Assembly: GCA_001600695.1 (NCBI GenBank) | Contig: BCKQ01000016.1 | Coordinates: forward strand, 174,715 to 238,714 | From: Ascoidea asiatica JCM 7603 | Lineage: Eukaryota; Fungi; Ascomycota | Length of the DNA stretch: 64,000 nucleotides | Direction: 5' to 3' | Shown: piece by piece, positions 1 to 11,855 of the stretch | How the letters are laid out: each line of letters opens with the position of its first letter | How positions within the stretch are numbered: position 1 is the first letter of the stretch | Program-made: the position numbers and the translations under genes | The notes under the pieces: generated by a model | What the model was told of the DNA's origin: nothing | What the model saw: only the letters and a program-made list of their open reading frames with translations | Database searches by the model: none

Positions 1-4
1 TAGA

Positions 5-35
<31 letters not shown>

Positions 36-37
36 AT
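5..37. repeat. (TAAA)n microsatellite
   Basis: About 8 tandem TAAA units read directly. Confidence 0.9.
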
Positions 38-3000
38 ATTTTAATACTAAATTAATATCATATAGAAATTTTATTGATTACGTATTAACTACAAGATTCT
101 TAGTTTAATATAATTTTATTGTATTGTATTGTAAATTAGGAAATAATTTTGATAATGAAATATTTGAGATTTGAGATTTGAGATTTGATAATTAATATTT
201 GATATTTAAATTGTTAAAAAATAAATCTAAAAGTTATACAAATTTCGTAGATTAAGAAAGTAAGATTATAAATAATTATTGGTGATTAGTTTATGATAAA
301 TATTATTGATAGTGTAATGAAATTGTAAATCTGAGAAGAGAAGTTTAAAGCTTTCTTCATAAATGATGGATTAAAATTACAGTAATGAAATGAAATGAAA
401 TGGAATAATGCTAAAATGAAATAAGTGTATTCTAAAAAATGTGAATATTTGAGACAAGTTGACTTATCAGTGAGTTTCAGAAAAGGAAAAAGAAGAAAAA
501 GAGGAAAAAGAAGGAAAAAAAGAAGAAGAAGAAACAGAAGAAGAAAGAGGAAATCCAAAGGTATTTAAATCAAATGAAATTGGATCAAATGAAATCGAAT
601 CAAATGACTTCTTCGTCTTCTTCACCAGAAGCTTCTCTCCCGTCGTCTTTTCCCTTCTCTTTTTCAGTCTTTTCTCTGTTTCTGGTCTTTTCAGTCTTTT
701 CAGTCTTTTCCTATTGTTATCGTCACATTACAGAACAAATGTTGCAGAGTTGTAGGCAGTAATTGTTCCGCTGATAAGAATCAAAAGAAAGTCACGCACA
801 AAGCCAGTTAACCTTATAAATCTGGTCTAATTGGTACTCTGCTGCAGCTCTGATGTCGCTCTGTAAAAGGTTATCCTCTCTGGCAAGGTTCCGCTTGAGG
901 CCATTGCTCCCAGGATCAATGCGCGCTCCTCGACAACGCTCTGGGCCAGATCTCCTTCCCAACCCAGAGCTGCGTGTGCTGCAATTTGTTGTTTGGGAAA
1001 CAGCTCGTCGCAGAGGGCACCCTTCTAAAACCCCAGTAAGTCACGCGTTTGTGTTTGGGAATCACAATTTATATGCCTAAACACCAGGTGATTTGATATG
1101 GTAAGTGATAATATACTAACCCTTCTAGGACTGGAACCATGCATTGTTTTTTGTTTACTGATAATATGCACAGCCTTGGGTCAGATCAAGCGCAAGGATA
1201 CAGATCTACCAACAGCTGCCACCTTCCGCTTCCAGTTTGGCCCACTGCTCTAAGGTTACTACCAAAGAAACTAAAAGACCTGTGTCTAAATGCACCGCCA
1301 CACACCGGCACCAAGAGGCCGTGGAGGCATTCGCTGCTGACATGCTGATGAAATCACTGCTACTTTTATCGTTGTATTGCGCGCATTATCTGCTACAACT
1401 TTACTACTCCACTCCACGGACACAATTCCTAAGAAAAGGGCTTCACTGCCTGTACACAACAAAGCCGCTGAGAGAAGGGAGATTTTTAATCCGGATGCGA
1501 CGACCGTGCCTCGTTCTTAGCTAAATGACCATTTCCGTATACTCGCCTCGGTGCTCCGTAACTTCCTAGTCGCTAAAGTCTTTGTTTTGGTATTTTTCAT
1601 TTGATTCAATCCAAATTTGTGTTTGAATACTGACAATTCAGCACCGATTATCAAACTGATTACGTAACACTGTCATTTTTTTTTATTACCATTCTGGTGG
1701 TTCATTTTAGACGGCTAGTATTAAAAGAAACCATAAGTACGGGTCTAATAACAAAAATATATGTACCATAGCTATTTATTATCCTTTTTTATTTATCATT
1801 ACAATTGAAGAGACGAATCAGTGAAAATATTTTTAATTTGAATTTCCAAGTTAAAAATTAAAAATAAAAAATATGAAAAAAAGACTCCTTTTGAATAAAT
1901 GGAATTGATTAGATCTGAAGATTTCTCGTATCTGTTATTATCAATACGAGTTTCTTTATTCAATCCTAAATTTTTATATTTTGTCTAATTCTTGTCTTAA
2001 AAAATTAGATATCTTTCATTACCATGTACATTATTTTGTTAAAAAAAATATAATCATCAGGTTTCAAAACTCGTAAATTTTCTCAAATTATTTAGTCAAC
2101 TTTTCAAATATCAAATACAAATACAAAAAAACAATGTTCAAAAACTCGTAAATGATTTTTACTTCTTTATCATATGCCTGACGTATTCAAATCCAAATTA
2201 ATTCACCACCTTAAATAAACGCAAAAATGCTTACTACTACATTTGCACTATCAAATACTAATAATAATTTACAATTCTTTAATACACATACCAAACATTA
2301 TAAGTAACTTTACAATTATAATATTTGTTAATTTAGCATCTTAGCCTATCGATTTATTATTTTATAAATCAAACAGTATAATTCATATATTTCCTATTTT
2401 CCTATTTCCTACTGTAATTTTCTACTTTTCAATGGATTTCAATTTCCTTTTAAGTAACTTAACATACTATTTCCTCACAACTATAAATATTCATGAAGTT
2501 GTATTATTATTAGTAATCATTTCGCCAAATAAATAAAATAATATTTTCTTCTTCGGTTAAATATTTCTCGGATCCCCGATACTTTTTGTTTTTCTTCCGT
2601 TTTTTTCCATTATGAAAAGGGTAACACTGCGGGGGTGTCCGGTGCAGGTCTCGCAAACTTACATTTAGCCGTTGTATAAACCGTTGAAAACTTTATTTCT
2701 GACTTTACCAAACTTTCAAAATTAAATAATCTAAATTAAATAATCCAAATAAACTAAAATAAATAAATTACTATAATTTACTATAAATTACTGAGTAATT
2801 GAGGAAATGAAATAATTTAAAATTAATAAAGAAAGAAAGGAAGAAATAAATAAACAAAAAGATATACAAATGTCAATAAATAAACTCACTCAATAAATTA
2901 TATAAAATCAAAATAATAAACATTAAACGAACACTTAAAAAACAATATACTAATAAAAACAAAATACTAATTAAAACAATCAAAACAAACAAAACAGTCA

Positions 3001-3086
3001 AAAAAATAAAAAAAATAAAAAAATTTTGAACTTAAAAAAACTTATTAAAAATAAAACACGTATAAAATAACTTCCTATTATTAATT

Positions 3087-6000
3087 TTATTCCGTTATAT
3101 TCCTAGATTGTCTCCAATTTAATACTGATCGTTTAGCTAATGAATTTTTATGATTACCGGAATTTGTTGAATGTGATCCAGTAGAATCTGTAGCTGATGA
3201 AACAATAGATTCTGTTGGTGCTATTTTATTATAATCAATATTTCCATTTCCATTTCCACTTCCATTCATATTAATATTTCCATTACTACCCGGGGTACGA
3301 GGAATATTTAATGATGGTGCCATTGATTGAATCGGTGTTGACATTAATTTATTATTATTACTATTACCATTAGTATTATTACTATTCAATGCTCCACTAC
3401 TAAAACTTGTATTAAGACTTAAATTACTACTCACACTCATTTCAATTAAATCATTTGTAATAATTGCATTTCTATTAATTTCTTCTTCAAAATTTCTTTG
3501 AAATAATTCAATTAATGATAAATGTGATTCTTTTAAAGCTCCAGGTACTAATTTTCCATGAATTATTAAACATCTTTTAATTGTATGAGCTAATTCTCCA
3601 AATGATTGTTTTAATAATTCTAATTGAGATGTAAATTGAGGATTTTTTGTAAATTTTTCATTTACAAAAAAAATTCTATATTGTCCAATACCTCCATTAA
3701 CTGGTGCATCAATTGTACCTGCTAATTGTCTTGACAATTCACTAAATATTGAATTATAATCTTCTTTATCTTTTATAGCTTTATTTGCCATTGTTTCAAG
3801 ACTTATTAATTCTTGTGTCTTTGATGATAAACTTCTTAATGAATTTTGTAATGGTGATAATTTAACTTTAACTGCTCTTTTAATCTCACTTCTATTCATT
3901 AATGTTGGAAATGTTGTATATGTTTCATATGTTGTTTCTTCAACCCATAAATCCATTACTGATGTAGATCCTGGTAATCTTCTTGCACTTGTAAATTGAC
4001 ATAAATTTTTATTTTCAAGATAAAATCTTGCTCCAACTGTTATATTAACTGCATTTGAGGGTAAATTCATACGTGGTTCAACTGTAGTAATATGTAAATA
4101 CCTACCAGTTGGTGTAACTTCGTATAATCTACCTGCTTCATCATCATTTGAAATGATTGTTGCACCTGGATGTAATCTTAATAATCTATCATGAATTGAC
4201 GTAATATGTTCAAATGGTAAACCTTCATAAATAAATTGTCTACCTCTAACTGATTTTGGAAATCCAAATCCAATAAATGAAATTCTAAAATATGTTGGAG
4301 TTAATCTATCAACAGTTTCTAAATCCAAATAAAGTTTTGATAATTTTTGATGAACAAATGATAAACCTTTAAAATCATAAGAAAGTGTATCATAAACTTG
4401 TGATAATTCTTTATAAATATCAATAGCCTTTTCATATGCATTACCTCTAACAAAATCTTCTGCAATTAATTTATATAACATTTCTTTTCTTTGAAATGAA
4501 GATTGTGCTGGAAACTTAGGTTTAACACAAAGTGGAAGTTTGTCTTCCATATCCCAATTATATGTAGATGCCAATAAATGATAACTTAAACCTGCTTGAA
4601 CATAATTATTCTTTTGGATATTATCTTCAACCATTTCATTGATAAAAGAATGTAATAATTCTGGCTTATCAACATGTTTCAAGAAACCATTGATATTAAT
4701 TCTATGAAATGTTCTATCATCATCAAATTCAGGTCCTTCAGGAACATTTTCCAAATCATTCAAAACTTCAAGGAATTCAGATAAATTTTGAATTAAACCA
4801 TCAATTGCTGGAAAAGCCTCATCTTCTGGATCAATTTTTATAGCCATTTTTAATCTTCTTATAAAATTCCTTTCTTCATATTGACCAGGTTTATATTTAT
4901 TAGTATGGAAAATATCATATAATCCAAGAATACACTCTTTTTCAATTTCATTAAAGTTTCCATTTAATAACCATTCTGAAATGACTATTGTATGTAACAT
5001 TTTAACACCCAATATTTGACAATTAGAATGTCTTTGTAAACAAAATAACATTAAATCTTGCAATACACCATAATTGAAATTTATAAACTCAACTTGATAA
5101 CCACCAAATTTCTTCAATTCGAATCTTATGATATCCTCTTCTAATGCGTCCCAAGCTAAGGCATCCCATACTTCATTAATTAATAAAGCAGCTCTGTTAC
5201 GAACATCCCCTGTTATTTTCCAACAAGCTTTTCTAGGAACTTCAGCTAGATGACAAATTGAAATTGGCATTGCTGTACCGAATTTTAGACAAGTCTTTAA
5301 AAAATTTCCCCAAAGAGATCTATCAAAATCATCCATTTCATCAACTGATGGAATATAGTCTTGAATCATAATGTATTTAACAGATTCAAAAGCGCTAACT
5401 GCACTTTCTATTACCATGGCATGAAGAGATAACCATTTAGAAGCAGGATAGCATTTACTGGAAATCAATAATTTTGCCGTACTAATTAATGTAAGAATAT
5501 CTTTTTTAGCTATTTTTTTAGCAAAATGTCTTGAAGAGTTGAACATTGTATCTCCTTTACTATCTTCAATAATTGATAGAAAACCGGCTGAACCTTGAAT
5601 ATTTTTGATAATTTTTATAGTGTAGGCAAATATAGTCATCAATTCTATTAATACCTCAACAAATACTCCATCATTGACAATAGAATCCATTGTTATTTCA
5701 GGGAAAGGATACTCACAAGGAAATAAAGGAGTGAATGTTCTTTTTGGTTTAAATAGAGAATGAGTTCTTGCAAATTTGTTATAGCTATTTAAAATATCAC
5801 AAATTGTTGGTATTAATCTTGCAACACCACGACATAAATAAAAATCTTTTCTGTTATTATTTTTAACAATATCCCAAGTGAGACTTAAAACAGAAATTAA
5901 AATACCGTTTGCCAATCTTGCAGCTTCCACATCTGCATTTGCTAGTAAAACTTCTAGTGACCAGTTTATCGAAGCAACTATTAATTGATCACGACATACT

Positions 6001-9000
6001 GGGTTTTCTACAACCCACGAATGCAAAAGACGACGGATAAGCAATAATTTTGTTATAACAAATCCAAACACTTTATCATTTATTTTTGAATTTAGGCCAT
6101 TTGGAACACTTGAGGTATATTCCTCGGGTTTACTCAATCCTCTAACTCCAACAGAATCAATTAAAATAATACCAAAATTCAAAATATCTTCATCAACAAA
6201 AATTGTTCTTAAACTTTCTAGCCAAAGATCAATAACTTCTAAAACATTTGACTGATCTGATGTAAATTTTTTATCCTGAGAAGATAAAAAGTTTGAAATT
6301 GAGCGAAGAAATTTTTCCCAAGAAAGATTAAACTTATCGACGGTCTGTTTTTTTGTGGTTAGAATTGATAACTTTAGCATCAAAGTTGAGATTCTGCAAA
6401 CTGATCTATTCAAATATTCCCAAGAAGTATTGAAAGAAGAAAAATAAGACTCCATTTTCAACAATAAATGATAACCAACAAGGGGCAAGTTTTTACTTGT
6501 TTCCAAAAAATCTTCAAATAAATAAGTGAATTGTTCTTGTCTTGCAATAACAAAATCCAACATATGAACTATGGCTTCAAATACAACTCTATTCAAATTA
6601 ATTAATTCGAAATCAATTGAGCTCTTATAAATTTCTAATAAGGCTCTTAATAAATCCGAGAAATACTTGATTAGTTGAGTTGTATCTAGGGAGTTAAACT
6701 TAGAGATAATTTGGATTAAATTATTTTCATTCGTTGGCAAATTGATTAAGGTTTTCCAATTTAATAAAGTATTCAAAGAATTGTCTAAATTAAATCCTTT
6801 ACCAACATACTCAGTTGTTAGCTCAAAAGTTACAATAATATTATGAGAGTTTGATATTGAAGCTAATTCAACAATATGAGTTTTTTTATACTCAACAATT
6901 TGATTATTCTTTCTAATTAATAATTTACCATCAGCAATAATTTCACCATTAATATATGCAAAAAAAGTTAAATACTCATTTTCATTGATTGGCGAAAATT
7001 GCTCAATACCAGAAACTTTAATCAATTCTCCAATTGATTCATCAGAATAAACAGAGACAAATTGCCAATTTTTTCTATGCTTTTCATTTGTAGCTTTAGT
7101 AAAATGGATCGAAGGATTTGAAGTGGATACTTGAATTGTAACAGGATATAATTGATGATTGGTTTGATTCAAATGAGCTTTACCTAATGCCAAATAGATT
7201 CTTTCATAAGGTTTAACCAATGGGTCATAATAGATAGTTCTAATTTGAGAAATTGGCCTTGGCCCAACAGAATCAAAATCATTAATAAAAGTTTGTAAAT
7301 CATTTTTAAACTCTTTAATCGAAACAATCAATCTTTCAGCTCTTGGATTTACAGCAACACCTTTATTTGAACCTCTTATAATTCTATCCACCAATTCACC
7401 CCATCCATAATTAGTTTCATTTGAAGTTGAATTTACAATACTTGTATCATTTTGATTAATATAAGAGCCAAATAATTTTATAATAAATTGATGAGATTCC
7501 CCCGAAGCTAAAGCACCTTTATGTCTTGAAAAAATTCTTGAAATATCAGTAACACCAGCTGCAATACCTTTTCTAATTCTTCTTAAAGAATTATTTTGTA
7601 AATTTTGATTTCTCAAAATATTTATATCAATTTCTTCAGTTAATAAAGCAACTAGATATATTCTACCTTTATCAATTTCTGTGGATGGTATATTTCTAAA
7701 TAAGGCAGCAGATAAATGCTCTAATAAAAAATCATTTGAATTATTTATATGAACAGCAAATGGTTCGGTTAATCTTTTCTTTGTATTTCTTAAATACATA
7801 TAACAAGTCATACCTGCAAAACCTTTTGGATTTAAAGTTGAAGAACCATTAACAGACTTAAAGTCTACTAATATTTGAGAAGGTATTGATTTTTTGAATT
7901 TATTATTCGGGGAAGGTGTTAAAGAAGATAAATTTAAATCAGAAATCGGATAGTTTGAACATAAAGCAAACATTAATTGATTGGAAGATATTAAATCTGG
8001 AGTTGATTGTAAAGCTAAAAGATTTTGAGGTTGATTTTGGTTTTGATTTTGATTTTGACTTTTGATTAAATTTAAGTCAGAAGAAGAAGTTGTATTATAA
8101 TTAAATAGCTCACCATTTAAAGGATTTCTTGATAAAATTGCTTCATAACCCGAAATATCATATTTAATTGCAGAATTTGATTTATCAAATCTATTTATAC
8201 CTTTTGAGGATAATAATTTTGCAATTTTATTTAATAATAAAGAAGCTAATTTTTTAGCTAATTTTTTTTCTGATTTTGTACATAAATCATAATTCAATTT
8301 TATTCTGATTTCATCCAAATCATAGTATAATTGACCCAATTTTAAGGATAAATTGAACTCACCTACAGAATATAAAGAATATATATGAGAAGATAATAAA
8401 GAGATTGCGGGTATGATTTCATCTAACAAATCACCAGAATCTAATTTCAAGGCAGGTAATGGAGGTTTCATATGAAAAGCTAATTCATTACTATTATTAG
8501 TATTGGAGTTATTGGGATCTAAGATACCATTATTTGAAGTTGCAGAAGTTGCAGAATTAGCGGAATTATGATTATTAATATTAGAATTTATATTTAAATT
8601 TGGATTTGAAATTGACATTGAATTAGACATTGAGATTGAATTTGAATTATGATTTGAGGTATATCCATTTCTTGCTTGAGAAGCTCTTAATTCAGTTTCC
8701 AAAATCGAAGGAATATTTGAGGATTCATCAGTATCTAAATGAATTATTGAAGAATGATTTTCTAAATTTATATTCTGATTAGTTAAATGTTGATTTGAAT
8801 TGATATTATTATTATCTTCAATTGGAATAATATCAGAAGTATCATTTGAATTTGGATTTGGATTTTGAGTGGAATCAGCTTGAGATTCAATTGATTGATT
8901 ATTATTATTATTTGCAAGTACACTATCGCCAGCAATTGCTAAAGAGTTTGGAATTTTTAATTTTTCTAAAATTCTAATATGAGTTAATGGAAAAATAACG

Positions 9001-9287
9001 ATTCCAATTCTTTGATCAGGTAATTTTTCTAAATTTGTAGTGACAGCAATAAAATCAGTTGGTAATGGTTGAACTAAAAGATAACCTCTTGCCCAAATAC
9101 CATTAACATTGGAATTAGCATTACCATTTGAACAATCAGGTTGGTTGGTTTCAAATATATAGACTTCATCACCAGGATATAAATTTTGATAAAATGGTGG
9201 AATTTTTTCCAAAAAATTTTGTGGTAAAAAAGATTTTATAATCCTACCATGAGCTAACATAGGCAATGGAGTCCATTTTGATTCCAT
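3087..9287 (-). CDS. DCK1: DOCK-family Rho/Rac guanine nucleotide exchange factor (SH3-like N-terminus, C2/DHR-1, DHR-2)
   Basis: 2066-aa ORF. N-terminal LYPGDEVYIFE...WARGY; DHR-2 motifs YFRISFIGFGFP..RGRQFIYEG and GTIDAPVNGGIGQY (nucleotide-sensor Val). Asn-rich inserts at both ends. Confidence 0.9.
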   Translation of the reverse strand: MESKWTPLPMLAHGRIIKSFLPQNFLEKIPPFYQNLYPGDEVYIFETNQPDCSNGNANSNVNGIWARGYLLVQPLPTDFIAVTTNLEKLPDQRIGIVIFPLTHIRILEKLKIPNSLAIAGDSVLANNNNNQSIESQADSTQNPNPNSNDTSDIIPIEDNNNINSNQHLTNQNINLENHSSIIHLDTDESSNIPSILETELRASQARNGYTSNHNSNSISMSNSMSISNPNLNINSNINNHNSANSATSATSNNGILDPNNSNTNNSNELAFHMKPPLPALKLDSGDLLDEIIPAISLLSSHIYSLYSVGEFNLSLKLGQLYYDLDEIRIKLNYDLCTKSEKKLAKKLASLLLNKIAKLLSSKGINRFDKSNSAIKYDISGYEAILSRNPLNGELFNYNTTSSSDLNLIKSQNQNQNQNQPQNLLALQSTPDLISSNQLMFALCSNYPISDLNLSSLTPSPNNKFKKSIPSQILVDFKSVNGSSTLNPKGFAGMTCYMYLRNTKKRLTEPFAVHINNSNDFLLEHLSAALFRNIPSTEIDKGRIYLVALLTEEIDINILRNQNLQNNSLRRIRKGIAAGVTDISRIFSRHKGALASGESHQFIIKLFGSYINQNDTSIVNSTSNETNYGWGELVDRIIRGSNKGVAVNPRAERLIVSIKEFKNDLQTFINDFDSVGPRPISQIRTIYYDPLVKPYERIYLALGKAHLNQTNHQLYPVTIQVSTSNPSIHFTKATNEKHRKNWQFVSVYSDESIGELIKVSGIEQFSPINENEYLTFFAYINGEIIADGKLLIRKNNQIVEYKKTHIVELASISNSHNIIVTFELTTEYVGKGFNLDNSLNTLLNWKTLINLPTNENNLIQIISKFNSLDTTQLIKYFSDLLRALLEIYKSSIDFELINLNRVVFEAIVHMLDFVIARQEQFTYLFEDFLETSKNLPLVGYHLLLKMESYFSSFNTSWEYLNRSVCRISTLMLKLSILTTKKQTVDKFNLSWEKFLRSISNFLSSQDKKFTSDQSNVLEVIDLWLESLRTIFVDEDILNFGIILIDSVGVRGLSKPEEYTSSVPNGLNSKINDKVFGFVITKLLLIRRLLHSWVVENPVCRDQLIVASINWSLEVLLANADVEAARLANGILISVLSLTWDIVKNNNRKDFYLCRGVARLIPTICDILNSYNKFARTHSLFKPKRTFTPLFPCEYPFPEITMDSIVNDGVFVEVLIELMTIFAYTIKIIKNIQGSAGFLSIIEDSKGDTMFNSSRHFAKKIAKKDILTLISTAKLLISSKCYPASKWLSLHAMVIESAVSAFESVKYIMIQDYIPSVDEMDDFDRSLWGNFLKTCLKFGTAMPISICHLAEVPRKACWKITGDVRNRAALLINEVWDALAWDALEEDIIRFELKKFGGYQVEFINFNYGVLQDLMLFCLQRHSNCQILGVKMLHTIVISEWLLNGNFNEIEKECILGLYDIFHTNKYKPGQYEERNFIRRLKMAIKIDPEDEAFPAIDGLIQNLSEFLEVLNDLENVPEGPEFDDDRTFHRININGFLKHVDKPELLHSFINEMVEDNIQKNNYVQAGLSYHLLASTYNWDMEDKLPLCVKPKFPAQSSFQRKEMLYKLIAEDFVRGNAYEKAIDIYKELSQVYDTLSYDFKGLSFVHQKLSKLYLDLETVDRLTPTYFRISFIGFGFPKSVRGRQFIYEGLPFEHITSIHDRLLRLHPGATIISNDDEAGRLYEVTPTGRYLHITTVEPRMNLPSNAVNITVGARFYLENKNLCQFTSARRLPGSTSVMDLWVEETTYETYTTFPTLMNRSEIKRAVKVKLSPLQNSLRSLSSKTQELISLETMANKAIKDKEDYNSIFSELSRQLAGTIDAPVNGGIGQYRIFFVNEKFTKNPQFTSQLELLKQSFGELAHTIKRCLIIHGKLVPGALKESHLSLIELFQRNFEEEINRNAIITNDLIEMSVSSNLSLNTSFSSGALNSNNTNGNSNNNKLMSTPIQSMAPSLNIPRTPGSNGNINMNGSGNGNGNIDYNKIAPTESIVSSATDSTGSHSTNSGNHKNSLAKRSVLNWRQSRNITE

Positions 9288-9887
9288 TTTACTAAAAATT
9301 AATCAAAAATGACAAATAATATGATAAACAGTATATTTGAAAATATACTAGTTATGGAAGAAGATATAAAAATGTATAAGTATATGCATGAAAAAAAAAA
9401 CTCTTCAATTAGTTTCAATTAATTCAATTCAATTCAATCTCATTGAAGTTTTTGGAAATAAGGTGATATTTGAGGATTAGTTGTACCGTACCCTAACTAA
9501 CCAGCTAACTTTCAGCTAACTTTACAGGCCAAAACTTAACTCACTGTCTTCCCAGTCTATTGTTGTTGATAGAAATCTCGCAGGAAGAAGTTGGCTCGCA
9601 AAGAGGTTCAATTCAGCGCGGGTTCAGTGTTTGTCGCCAGCAGTATCCTGGTCCTCGCTCCCAGTCACGCGCGCGTGTCATTTTTCAAAAATTCCGAGGG
9701 TAAACGTGACCCTCCTTTTTTTTAAATAGGCACGCCTTGGTTTGCAAGCTCCTGCCAAAGTGGCATGATATTCGGTAGTGGTGACTATTTAATGCGCGTG
9801 ACTAGCGCGGTGTTCTAAAGTTCGGGATTCAGCGGAAATAAGTTAAAAGCTGTAAACTAATATAAAAATGATGAAGGGCACGCTGTA

Positions 9888-9894
9888 TTACCCG
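9888..9894 (+). promoter_or_regulatory. Reb1-type site TTACCCG in the GC-rich island upstream of DCK1
   Basis: Exact TTACCCG. Related TTACCCT on the minus strand at 9697-9703 and CGCG-rich elements nearby. Confidence 0.45.
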
Positions 9895-10169
9895 TTTTTA
9901 AACTTTCCTGCTCTTTACCACCTTGTACCGCTTAAATATTGCATTCCCCGGTACTCTCCTAGATGTTTTTCGTATTTTATAATATATTCTCAAAAATCCC
10001 AAAAAGGCAATACTATAACTAAAATTTATGATTTGGCTGATATTTATTGTATGAATTATATTATTGATAAAGAATTGAATTTAAAAAAGTGAAAATAAAA
10101 GTAGGCTATAAAGAAAACTATAAAGAAGATTTATTTAAAATATCGTGAAAAAAGAATTCATACAAACTG

Positions 10170-11855
10170 TTATATTTTTTTATTGGGATAACTGGTATGA
10201 GTAGAATAACTACCATGAGACCCATGATTACTATGATTAGAATAGCCATAATTGTTATTATTAAAATTATTACTATTATTATTGCTACTATTCAATACAG
10301 GGCTAGTAACATTACTATCATTATAACCAATTGTTGGACTGGTTGTACAACTACTTAGTGCACTTGATGTTCTTCTTCCACTTATATTGTTATTGGTATT
10401 ACTATTATTACATGTACCTGTATTCAAATTCAATAAATTATTCCCATTATTGCTATAGGATAACATTAATGGTGTCATTGATATTTCTCCAGTTGGGGTC
10501 TGAACTGGATTCAATCTAGGACTTGAATACCCATTATTAAAATTATTACTATTGTTATTTACATTTATGTTTATATTATTCATATTATAGTATGAATTTC
10601 TTCTATTATTTATATTTATACAATTTGGATTATTATAATCATTACTCAGGATGTTATTATTATTATTATTATTATTATTAGAAGTGTTGGATAACGATAA
10701 ATTACTTATGGATTTTGTTAAGTTATTATTACTATAAGATGAAGATAAAGAACTAGGGAGCATTTGATTATTTAAACAATATTTAGATGGAGAATTATTG
10801 ATTGAAGTAGCCGTTAAATGAGGTGAATCTGGAATACCAGTAACATATCCATTAAAATTGATATTATTATTCACTGGAGGAGCATTACTATTATTGTTAT
10901 TATTATTATTAATAATAGCTGAACTATCAATATTATTAATTGGTGGAATTATCTCACTAGATATATAATGTTGATGTCTTTTTTGATTAACATTACTTAA
11001 ATTACTTAAAGTTATTGGATTATTTAAAGTATTAGATAATTGATTATATTTTTTTTTATTTTCATTTAGTGAAGAAGTTAATTTACTTTTATTTGTCTTT
11101 ATATATTTACTTGTTGTGTTTGCACTATTTGTAGCATTTCCAGAATTCCTAAATCTACTTTTTGTTGGTGTTCCACTATTACTGTTATTATTATTTTTAG
11201 TATCATTGCTATTTTGTTCTTCACAATCTATAACTTCTTCAAGATTTGGTAAAGGAGCCAAATTTAAAGGGTTTATGCTAATAGGAGCATTTGAATTGAT
11301 ATTGCTATTGATATTATTATTATTAATGTTATTTAGATTAAGATTACCATTATAAGAATTAAGAGAACTACTAGTACTGTCATTTTTATTTAAGCTGATC
11401 GATTGTTGATTTGATATATTTAAAGATAGTAATGAAATTGTAGAATTTGTTGGGACTAATTTTCCATTCAAATATGTGTTTTTATCAATTGATGTAGCTA
11501 GTAAAGTTGGTGATGATAATTGTGATCTATTTTCTGCAAAAGAATTGTGTGAATTATAAGTAGAGCCATTAAAATTGTTGAATCCATTAAACCCATTGAA
11601 TCCATTAAAACCATTATTGTTATTATTGATATTGATGTTATTCGAATTAGTTGTGTTATTGATATTAGCGACATTGCTTGTCACAGATTTCAATTCAGGA
11701 GAAGTTGACGATCTTAACATATCACCTACAGTTTTATTTTTATGTTTTTTGGAACTGTTCATGCCACTACTACTTTTGCTGTTGACATTACAGTTTCCAT
11801 TAGCATTACAATTAGCATTACTATTTCTACTATTAGAATCCCAGTGTCCAGCCAT
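10170..11855 (-). CDS. Uncharacterised Asn/Ser-rich low-complexity protein
   Basis: 561-aa ATG-initiated ORF with host-like codon usage. Non-repetitive islands (IPDSPHL..SPSKYCLN; SPRLNPVQTP...MTPLML) lie among poly-Asn tracts. No family recognised. Confidence 0.75.
   Translation of the reverse strand: MAGHWDSNSRNSNANCNANGNCNVNSKSSSGMNSSKKHKNKTVGDMLRSSTSPELKSVTSNVANINNTTNSNNININNNNNGFNGFNGFNGFNNFNGSTYNSHNSFAENRSQLSSPTLLATSIDKNTYLNGKLVPTNSTISLLSLNISNQQSISLNKNDSTSSSLNSYNGNLNLNNINNNNINSNINSNAPISINPLNLAPLPNLEEVIDCEEQNSNDTKNNNNSNSGTPTKSRFRNSGNATNSANTTSKYIKTNKSKLTSSLNENKKKYNQLSNTLNNPITLSNLSNVNQKRHQHYISSEIIPPINNIDSSAIINNNNNNNSNAPPVNNNINFNGYVTGIPDSPHLTATSINNSPSKYCLNNQMLPSSLSSSYSNNNLTKSISNLSLSNTSNNNNNNNNNILSNDYNNPNCININNRRNSYYNMNNININVNNNSNNFNNGYSSPRLNPVQTPTGEISMTPLMLSYSNNGNNLLNLNTGTCNNSNTNNNISGRRTSSALSSCTTSPTIGYNDSNVTSPVLNSSNNNSNNFNNNNYGYSNHSNHGSHGSYSTHTSYPNKKI

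Noticed and set aside
286-762. Short ORFs 286..558(-) and 574..762(+)
   Set aside because: Translations of purine/pyrimidine low-complexity tracts, probably the leader of a gene beyond the left edge.
853-1524. Unspliced ORFs 853..1080, 1139..1348 and 1237..1524
   Set aside because: GC-rich codon usage unlike the real genes and no recognisable domain; open frames are expected in a GC island.
1728-1734. AAACCAT resembling the snR30/U17 m2 motif
   Set aside because: No upstream m1 motif and no ACA box at the required spacing.
1799-2494. Possible multi-intron small gene or snoRNA host on the minus strand (GTATGT at 2467 and 2291; short open frame near 1965-1799)
   Set aside because: No consensus branch point, no C/D or H/ACA box pair, and no recognisable peptide.
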